DNA from: Bacillota bacterium
Lineage (GTDB): Bacteria > Bacillota > Clostridia > Oscillospirales > Oscillospiraceae
Assembly: GCA_029225225.1 (NCBI GenBank)
Contig: JAQXWB010000065.1
Location: forward strand, 253 to 64,252
Reading direction: 5' to 3'
Length of the DNA: 64,000 nucleotides
Numbering within the stretch: the first letter of the stretch is position 1; the number at the start of each line of letters is the position of its first letter. Under the pieces are notes generated by a model, which searched no databases, was not told the DNA's origin, and saw only the letters and a list, made by a program, of their open reading frames with translations. Below are positions 24,877 to 31,995 of the stretch, piece by piece. Position numbers and translations under genes: made by a program.

Positions 24877-26337
24877 TTACTTCCGTCGTATGGTGTAATA
24901 CTTTGTGGGATCGTTTACTGCTGTACTGTGTTCTTCAACAATACCCAGTTCGATGAGTTTCTTTACATGTCCTGATACTGTCGGTCGTGTGCGTCCGAGC
25001 ATTGTTGTCAGTTCGCTCGGTGTGCATCGCTCCATATTCGCAATATAAAACACGATCTGCCGATCTATGGCGCTCAGTTTCGACCAGATATTTTCTAACA
25101 TAGCTGCACAGGACTCGATATTTCGCAAAGAACGCGCCGCTATATTATTCTTTAACTCCAATTCCACGGTATTTCCATTTGGCTCAGAAAACACCGGAGG
25201 ATCAAGAAAAAAATTGTTCATATCCACATAGATTCTTTTAACGCCTTCATTCAGTTCACGAACCCATCCAAAGTCACTCAGTACGCGCGCAATGACAGGA
25301 TTTCTGGAAAACCTTGTGTTTTGAATGTTTTCGACAGTAACAATACTGGGTAGTCTGCCCGGGCTGCGGAATTCAATTCGGTCATCGTACATCGTGATGC
25401 GAATATAATCGCCCTGTATCGAATAATCGCGATGCGTTACTGCGTTAACAAGTCCTTCCAGCCATGCAAAGTCAGGATACTCCGGCACACGAACAAACTT
25501 CCCGTTCATCCCCAACCGCTGGAATTCTCGCATTTGAGACTTTAAAAGTTGTTGCCCTTCGGCGATAGCCAAACTAAGAGGCTTTTCAATCGTTACATCC
25601 TTTATCAGATTCATGCTTATTCCGACTCCGGCATAAAGCCCCTCATATCGAAGAAATCGGATTCTTGCAGATGGCAAAAACTGAGTAGGGTGTCGTCCGA
25701 ATAAAAGAATCGCGGCAACTGTTAATTTCCAGTTTCCTGCTTCCCGTTTCAGCAGCCCTCGAGCTTTCAGCACATCAAGTGCAGTACTTGCGGAGAGTCC
25801 AAGTATTTCAACATACTGCCGTATCAGATTCTCGTCTAAGTCGTCCATGGTTGCATCGGGAATAATGCGGGATTCGTAGCTTTTAATGCCACGGGAATAC
25901 TCCAACGCAGTAAACTCTTGAGGCGTCAGCTTATGTGATGTATCACCGATTCGGAGATAGGCATCTCCGTTTTTCATACAGATGATTTCATCCGGACTGA
26001 CTCGAATATGAAACAGTAAAATACTGCAAGGCGCTCCGTTTGTGTCATTACAGAGCACCTTTTCAATCTCCATATGAGGAGGAAACCTAAGATGGTCTAT
26101 GGCTGCTTTGCGAAAATCATTTTCGTGCTCCGCGGTAACACCGGTGATCGTACCATCGTCCTCAACACCGACTGCTATCACACCGCCGCTGGCGTTGGCG
26201 AAGGCAGAAAGTTGGTGTGCAAAGTCCTTTGTCGCAATTTTTTCACTTTTGCGTTCAAAGTATTGTCCCTCTGTCAGACTCTGCAGTTTATCCAATGATA
26301 ATGTCGGGTCAAACTTTGAAATGCTGATAAATTCCAT
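24877..26337 (-). CDS. Schlafen/AlbA_2 - HATPase_c_4 - wHTH protein ('divergent AAA/putative DNA-binding' family)
   Basis: AlbA_2 motif EGQYFERKS...AFANASGGVIAVGVEDDGTITGV. HATPase_c_4-like LVNAVTHRDY...IEFRSPG...RNPVIARVL...NEGVKRI. C-terminal MarR/ArsR-like wHTH (TPSELTTMLGRTRPTVSGHVKKLIELGIVE). Start MEFISIS after GGAGG. Confidence 0.7.
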   Translation of the reverse strand: MEFISISKFDPTLSLDKLQSLTEGQYFERKSEKIATKDFAHQLSAFANASGGVIAVGVEDDGTITGVTAEHENDFRKAAIDHLRFPPHMEIEKVLCNDTNGAPCSILLFHIRVSPDEIICMKNGDAYLRIGDTSHKLTPQEFTALEYSRGIKSYESRIIPDATMDDLDENLIRQYVEILGLSASTALDVLKARGLLKREAGNWKLTVAAILLFGRHPTQFLPSARIRFLRYEGLYAGVGISMNLIKDVTIEKPLSLAIAEGQQLLKSQMREFQRLGMNGKFVRVPEYPDFAWLEGLVNAVTHRDYSIQGDYIRITMYDDRIEFRSPGRLPSIVTVENIQNTRFSRNPVIARVLSDFGWVRELNEGVKRIYVDMNNFFLDPPVFSEPNGNTVELELKNNIAARSLRNIESCAAMLENIWSKLSAIDRQIVFYIANMERCTPSELTTMLGRTRPTVSGHVKKLIELGIVEEHSTAVNDPTKYYTIRRK

Positions 26338-26395
26338 ACAGACCGCCTCCACTCTATAAGAGAATTATAGCACAGATCCGTTAAAAATAACAGTG

Positions 26396-26483
26396 TTTCA
26401 AGGAAATGAAAACCAAAAAGTTTGTATCCTTGTTGTGTAAACCGAAGGAAGCTTTCCTCAAAAGACATATTAGTATTTCAAGG
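26396..26483 (+). repeat. TTTCAAGG direct repeats (two copies) 5' of the AlbA_2 gene
   Basis: GTTTCAAGGAAA at 26395 and ATTTCAAGGCAT at 26475, in the divergent AlbA_2/miaB intergenic region. Confidence 0.75.
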
Positions 26484-26530
26484 CATGATTCCCCTGATGC
26501 TGGGAGTTTTTGTTTTTCCTGTTCGAACGC

Positions 26531-26559
26531 TTGCAAAGGGACGAAAAAAATGCTACAAT
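26531..26559 (+). promoter_or_regulatory. promoter for miaB(-mutS...)
   Basis: TTGCAA, 17 nt, TACAAT with TGC upstream (extended -10). Confidence 0.55.
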
Positions 26560-26595
26560 ATACTGTAAAAATGTATCATTCGGAGGACTCTCCCA

Positions 26596-28011
26596 TTGGA
26601 AACGAAAACGACTGTGATCTCCCCGGAGGAGATTCGGCGGCAGAACGCGATCTGCGGCGAGATCAGGGAATATTGGGCGGCGCAGGGGGTTACGCCTTTG
26701 GCGTTTGTGGACACCTACGGCTGCCAGCAAAATGAGGCGGATTCCGAGCGGATTCGCGGGATGCTCGTGGAGGCGGGCTACGCTTTAACGGACACTGAGG
26801 AGGGCGCGGACGTCATTGTCTTAAACACCTGCGCCATCCGTGAGCACGCCGAGCAGCGCGTGTTTGGCAATGTCGGCGCGCTTGTGCACACGAAACGCCG
26901 CCATCCGAGGCAAAAAATCTTTCTCTGCGGCTGCATGATGGGGCAGCCTGCCGTCTCTGACCGCATCAAGCACTCCTATCCCCATGTGGACGGCGTATTC
27001 TCGACCCATCATCTCTGGGAATTTCCCGCGCTGCTGCTGCGTGTGCTGAAAACGGGTAAGCGCGTCTTTGCCGTCGAGGATTCGGCGGGGTCCATCGCCG
27101 AGGGGCTGCCCGTCGCACGGACGAACAAGCTCAAGGCGTGGGTCAGCGTGATGTACGGGTGCAACAATTTCTGCTCCTACTGCATTGTGCCCTATGTGCG
27201 CGGACGGGAGCGCAGCCGTCTGCCGGAGGAGATTTACCGCGAGTGCGAGGATTTGATCGCGGCGGGCTATAAGGAGATCACCCTTTTGGGGCAGAATGTC
27301 AACTCCTACGGCAAGGATTTGGGGATCGGTGTCGATTTTGCCGATTTAATGGCGCATATCGCGGAGCTGGACGGCGATTTCCGTCTGCGCTTTATGACCT
27401 CGCACCCGAAGGACGCGAGCTTTAAGCTCTTTGACACGATTGCGAAATATCCCAAAATCTGCAAGCAGTTCCACCTTCCCTTCCAATCGGGCAATGACCG
27501 CGTTCTGAAGGAGATGAACCGGCATTATACGAGAGAGCAGTATCTGCGCCTCGTCGATTACGGCAGGAGCTTGATGCCCGACCTCGTTTTGACGAGCGAT
27601 GTGATTGTCGGCTTCCCCGGCGAGACGGAGGAGGAATTTGAGGACACAATCAGCCTGATCGAGCGCGTGCGCTATGACGCGCTGTTTACCTTCATTTTCT
27701 CGCCCAGAGGAGGCACACCTGCGGCGAAAATGGCGGATCCCTTTACCAAAGCCGACAAGAACCGCCGCTTTGACCGGCTCTGCGCCGTGCAGAACGGTAT
27801 TTCCGAGGAAAAGCACCGCGCCTATGTTGGCAAGACGCTGCGCGTGCTGATTGACGGCAGAGACGGCGAGCTGCTCACCGCCCGCACCGACGGCGGCAGA
27901 CTGGTGCGTCTCGCAGGCGGCGACGAGCTGATCGGCCGGTTTGCCGACGTTCGGATCGACGGCTGCACAACATGGAGCCTGACGGGAAGGCTGTGTAAAG
28001 GCAGTGAATAG
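26596..28011 (+). CDS. miaB: tRNA-i6A37 methylthiotransferase
   Basis: UPF0004 N-domain (TYGCQQNEADSE), radical SAM CNNFCSYC, C-terminal TRAM. TTG start 8 nt after GGAGGA. The stop lies in heptamer repeat R8. Confidence 0.85.
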   Translation: METKTTVISPEEIRRQNAICGEIREYWAAQGVTPLAFVDTYGCQQNEADSERIRGMLVEAGYALTDTEEGADVIVLNTCAIREHAEQRVFGNVGALVHTKRRHPRQKIFLCGCMMGQPAVSDRIKHSYPHVDGVFSTHHLWEFPALLLRVLKTGKRVFAVEDSAGSIAEGLPVARTNKLKAWVSVMYGCNNFCSYCIVPYVRGRERSRLPEEIYRECEDLIAAGYKEITLLGQNVNSYGKDLGIGVDFADLMAHIAELDGDFRLRFMTSHPKDASFKLFDTIAKYPKICKQFHLPFQSGNDRVLKEMNRHYTREQYLRLVDYGRSLMPDLVLTSDVIVGFPGETEEEFEDTISLIERVRYDALFTFIFSPRGGTPAAKMADPFTKADKNRRFDRLCAVQNGISEEKHRAYVGKTLRVLIDGRDGELLTARTDGGRLVRLAGGDELIGRFADVRIDGCTTWSLTGRLCKGSE

Positions 28012-28243
28012 AGAATCGTGAATTGTGCATCGCGCGGATGAAAAAACATGAAGGCTCCCCTCGCGTGTCATTGCGAGCCGAGGAACGAGGCGTGGCAATC
28101 TATGCAGTCTCGTTCTTGTACACGGTTGGTAGTTCCTGCACGAGATTGCCGCGTCGCTGCGCTCCTCGTAATGAGAAAGCAGGGAGTCTGTGCGTAAGCT
28201 ATTCACCATTCACTATTCACTATTCACTATTCACTGTTCACTG
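28001..28243. repeat. Repeat locus R8 (H - A1 variant - K - A1rev - H)
   Basis: GCAGTGAATAGAGAATCGTGAAT ... GTCATTGCGAGCCGAGGAACGAGGCGTGGCAATCT ... TTGGTAGTTCCTGCACGAGATTGCCGCGTCGCTGCGCTCCTCGTAATGA ... then six TTCACyr heptamers at 28202-28243. The miaB stop lies inside. Confidence 0.85.
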
Positions 28244-28269
28244 AAATAGTAGAAACGGAGGAACACGGC

Positions 28270-30861
28270 ATGGCGGAACTGACGCCGATGATGCGGCAGT
28301 ACCTTGAGATCAAAGAGCAGCATCCGGACTGTATCTTATTTTTCCGGCTGGGCGATTTCTATGAGATGTTTGCCGACGACGCGCGGCTGGCGTCGAAGGA
28401 GCTGGATCTCACGCTCACGACCCGCGACCGGGGCAAGGAAAAATCGGAGCAGACACCGATGTGTGGCGTGCCGTACCATTCCGCCGAGGCCTATATTGCG
28501 CGCCTTGTGCAGCGGGGCTACAAGGTCGCCATCTGTGAGCAGATGGAGGATCCCGCCCTTGCCAAGGGGTTGGTCAAGCGGGATATCACCCGCATTGTCA
28601 CGCCGGGCACGGTCGTGGAAAGCTCCATGCTTGACGAGAGCAGAAACAACTATTTTGCCTGCGTGTTCGGAAACGACGGGCGTTATGGTCTCAGCTTCTG
28701 TGATGTCTCGACCGGTGCGTTTTACGCAACCTTTGCCGAGGGGGAGCAGGCGATGGATCGCGTGATTTCCGAATTGGGGCGTTTTGCGCCGTCGGAGGTG
28801 CTGCGCGGCGGCACGGCGGTGAAGGATGAGACGCTGACAGAGGCGCTGCGCGAACGCTTGAACTGCTGCGCGGATATGGGCGCAAACGAGCTGTTCGAGA
28901 CGGACGCTACGGCGGCGCGGGTCACGGCGCAATTCGGAAAATCCCTCGAAGCCCTCGGGCTTGTAAAATATGAAGAGGTCTGGCGCAGCGCGGGTGCGCT
29001 GTTGCGGACGCTGCGGGAGCTGCAAAAGGTCAGCCTGACGCATGTGCGCAATTTGGAATTCTATGTCCACGGGCGTTTTTTGGAGCTGGACCTCTCCGCG
29101 CGCCGCAACTTGGAGCTGACGGAGACGCTGCGCGGCGGCGAAAAGCGCGGCAGCCTCCTGTGGGTGCTCGACCATACCAAGACCGCGATGGGCAGCCGTA
29201 TGCTCCGAAGCTGGCTGGAAAAGCCGCTCTTAAGCCCTAAACGCATTTCCATGCGGTTAAACGCGGTTGAGGAGCTGACGAAAAATACGCCGGAGCGCGA
29301 CGGCTTGCAGGAGCTTTTGCGCACCGTGTCCGATTTTGAGCGCGTTATGGCAAGAATCGTCACCGGCGCCGCGAATGCGCGGGACCTGTTATCTCTACAG
29401 TACGGCTGCGAGCCTCTGCCTGCCTTGAAAGCCGCGCTTGCGCAGTTTCAAAGCCCGATGCTCGGCGTCGTGCAGGACGAGATAGACGATTTGCAGGATA
29501 TCTGGAAGCTGCTCGCCGCTGCGATTGAAGAAAATCCGCCCTTTACCGTCCGTGAGGGCGGCATCATCCGCGCGGGCTACTCCAAGGAACTGGACGAGCT
29601 GCGGGATATTGTCTCTGGCGGCAAGGGCACCTTGGCGCGCATTGAGGCGGAGGAGAAGGAGAAGACCGGCATTAAAAACCTGCGCGTGGGCTACAACCGC
29701 GTGTTCGGTTACTATATCGAGGTCGCAAAGGGACAGGTTGACCTCGTCCCTGAGACCTATATCCGCAAGCAGACCCTTGCCAACGGAGAGCGCTACATCA
29801 CGCCGGAGCTGAAGGAACTGGAATCGACCATCCTGACGGCGAAGGATCGCATCACGGCGCTGGAATATGACTTATTCACCCAAATTCGCGAGCATTTGGC
29901 ATTGCAAGCCGAGCGGGTGCAGCGCACGGCGCAGGCAATCGCCTGCCTCGACGTGCTGACGAATTTCGCGGCGCTTGCCGTGCGGCAGAATTACTGCAAG
30001 CCTGAGGTGGATGTCTCGGAGGAAATCGTGATCCGTGAGGGGCGGCATCCCGTGGTGGAACAGGTGCTGAAATCCAGCCTGTTCGTCCCGAACGATACCG
30101 TCCTCGACTGCGGCGAAAACCGCACCGCGATCATCACGGGCCCCAATATGGCGGGCAAGTCCACCTATATGCGGCAGGTCGCGCTGATTGTGCTGATGGC
30201 GCAGATCGGCTCGTTTGTGCCGGCAAAGTCCGCGCATATCGGCATTGTTGACCGCATCTTCACCCGAATCGGCGCGTCGGACGATCTCTCCATGGGAAAA
30301 TCCACCTTTATGGTGGAGATGTCGGAGGTTGCAGAGATCTTGGCGCATGCCACGGCGCGGAGTCTGCTGATCCTCGACGAGATCGGGCGCGGCACGTCTA
30401 CCTTTGACGGCATGGCGATTGCCCGCGCGGTGGTCGAGTATGTTACGGACAAGAAGCGCCTCGGCGCAAAGACGCTGTTTGCGACGCATTACCACGAGCT
30501 GACCGATATCGAGCGCGAGATCGGCGGCGTGAAGAATTATAATATCGCGGTCAAAAAGCGCGGCGGGGATATCGTCTTTTTGCGCAAGATCGTCCCCGGT
30601 GCGGCGGACGACTCCTACGGCGTGGAGGTCGCGAAGCTGGCGGGTCTGCCGGAGAAGGTCGTATCCCGTGCGCGGCAGCTTTTGCATGATTTGGAGAGCG
30701 GCGCGCCCGTGCGGACGGTCGAGGTTGCGGCAAATGACCAGATCTCGATCATGAGCATGGAAAACGACGCCCTGCGCAAGCGGTTGGAGTCGATGTCCGT
30801 CGAGACGATGACCCCGATTGAGGCGATGAACGCCTTGTTTGAATTAAAAAAGATGGTTTGA
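28270..30861 (+). CDS. mutS: DNA mismatch repair protein MutS
   Basis: 863 aa. N-terminal mismatch-binding domain (MMRQYLEIK...GDFYEMF), Walker A GPNMAGKSTYMRQ. Confidence 0.95.
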   Translation: MAELTPMMRQYLEIKEQHPDCILFFRLGDFYEMFADDARLASKELDLTLTTRDRGKEKSEQTPMCGVPYHSAEAYIARLVQRGYKVAICEQMEDPALAKGLVKRDITRIVTPGTVVESSMLDESRNNYFACVFGNDGRYGLSFCDVSTGAFYATFAEGEQAMDRVISELGRFAPSEVLRGGTAVKDETLTEALRERLNCCADMGANELFETDATAARVTAQFGKSLEALGLVKYEEVWRSAGALLRTLRELQKVSLTHVRNLEFYVHGRFLELDLSARRNLELTETLRGGEKRGSLLWVLDHTKTAMGSRMLRSWLEKPLLSPKRISMRLNAVEELTKNTPERDGLQELLRTVSDFERVMARIVTGAANARDLLSLQYGCEPLPALKAALAQFQSPMLGVVQDEIDDLQDIWKLLAAAIEENPPFTVREGGIIRAGYSKELDELRDIVSGGKGTLARIEAEEKEKTGIKNLRVGYNRVFGYYIEVAKGQVDLVPETYIRKQTLANGERYITPELKELESTILTAKDRITALEYDLFTQIREHLALQAERVQRTAQAIACLDVLTNFAALAVRQNYCKPEVDVSEEIVIREGRHPVVEQVLKSSLFVPNDTVLDCGENRTAIITGPNMAGKSTYMRQVALIVLMAQIGSFVPAKSAHIGIVDRIFTRIGASDDLSMGKSTFMVEMSEVAEILAHATARSLLILDEIGRGTSTFDGMAIARAVVEYVTDKKRLGAKTLFATHYHELTDIEREIGGVKNYNIAVKKRGGDIVFLRKIVPGAADDSYGVEVAKLAGLPEKVVSRARQLLHDLESGAPVRTVEVAANDQISIMSMENDALRKRLESMSVETMTPIEAMNALFELKKMV

Positions 30862-30868
30862 AAAACGA

Positions 30869-31235
30869 TGTAGGGCGGGGACATAATTGTCCTACAAAGC
30901 GTTGATGGGCAACCCTAATTTGTCATTGCAAGACCACTGCGCACACTGGTTGTGGCAATCTCCGGATGTGGGTTTGTATGCAGCTGACAGTTCCTGCACA
31001 AGATTGCCGCGTCGCTGCGCTCCTCGCAATGACAGAAAAGGCTACCCTATTCTGTCATTGCGAGACCAGTGCGCACACTGGTTGTGGCAATCTCCTCCGG
31101 ATGTGGGTTTGTATGCAGCTGACAGTTCCTGCACAAGATTGCCGCGTCGCTGCGCTCCTCACAATGACATATACGGGAAGCTTGTACGCAGTTGATGCTT
31201 CCCTGCACCGTCTGGGACATGTCCCCGACCTACAG
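30869..31235. repeat. Repeat locus R9 (C, two tandem [A2-K-A1rev] units of 132 bp, Crev) between mutS and the CPBP gene
   Basis: Units start at 30921 and 31053. Flanked by TGTAGGGCGGGGACAT... and ...GGGACATGTCCCCGACCTACAG. Orientation is opposite to R1. Confidence 0.9.
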
Positions 31236-31259
31236 AGGATAAAATGAAGGAGATCATGG

Positions 31260-31982
31260 ATGCGCGAGACGTTTCGGGAGCGCGATGTTGTTGCGCCGAC
31301 TAAAATAGAGCTGCTTTGCGGTTTGGGGTGCTGGCTCCTTTATCTGTCCGGCATTCCGGAGCTGCTGCGCTGGCTGCTTCCGCTGCTTGGCTTTGACCTT
31401 GCCGGCGTGCGGGGCGCGAGTTTTGCGCAGATTGCGGCGTTTGTGCTGGATTTTATTGTGATCCTGCTCGTCTTCCGCAAATTCCTTTGGCGCTCCGTCC
31501 AGCCGTTGAAGGGGAAGCGCTTGTTTTCCACCGTTCTGCGCGGATTTGTCTTTTACTGGCTGCTGGCGTATCTCGTCTCGCTGCTGATTATGTTCCTCAG
31601 CGTCGGAATGGATGTGATGCCCGAAAACCGCAATAACGAGGCGATTGGCACGATCCTGACGAATTACACGCTCCCGATGGCGATCAGCACGGTCATTTTT
31701 GCGCCGGTGACGGAGGAGTGCCTTGTGCGCGGCGTGCTGTTCGCGCCGTTTTGCAGGCACAAGCCGTGGGTCGCCTATCTTGTGACAACGGTGCTGTTCG
31801 GGCTGCTGCATACGTTCCAGTATATCGGCGTGCAGCCGTGGAGCGTGCTTGCCCTTTCCTTCCTGCAATATCTGCCCGCCGGGATTGCGCTCGGCTGGGT
31901 TTATCAGCGCACGCGCAGCATCTGGGGCGCGATTGTGCTGCACAGCCTGATCAATTTGGTCGCCGTCGTGGCGATGGTCTGA
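31260..31982 (+). CDS. CPBP-family intramembrane glutamic endopeptidase (CAAX protease-like)
   Basis: Motifs EECLVRG, FGLLH and HSLIN in a multi-TM protein. GAAGGAGA RBS. Confidence 0.8.
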   Translation: MRETFRERDVVAPTKIELLCGLGCWLLYLSGIPELLRWLLPLLGFDLAGVRGASFAQIAAFVLDFIVILLVFRKFLWRSVQPLKGKRLFSTVLRGFVFYWLLAYLVSLLIMFLSVGMDVMPENRNNEAIGTILTNYTLPMAISTVIFAPVTEECLVRGVLFAPFCRHKPWVAYLVTTVLFGLLHTFQYIGVQPWSVLALSFLQYLPAGIALGWVYQRTRSIWGAIVLHSLINLVAVVAMV

Positions 31983-31995
31983 CGGAGGTGGAACC

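Noticed and set aside
24676-24975. 99-aa ORF with repeated FQV tripeptides.
   Set aside because: The periodicity comes from the TTTCAAGTA DNA repeats. The ORF overlaps the 3' end of the AlbA_2 gene and lacks an SD.
23170-26595. Integrase, att direct repeats or a tRNA target defining the AT-rich islet as an intact mobile element.
   Set aside because: No recombinase-like ORF is present, and I could not spot flanking direct repeats by eye. The segment is kept only as a 'possible decayed island' in the findings.
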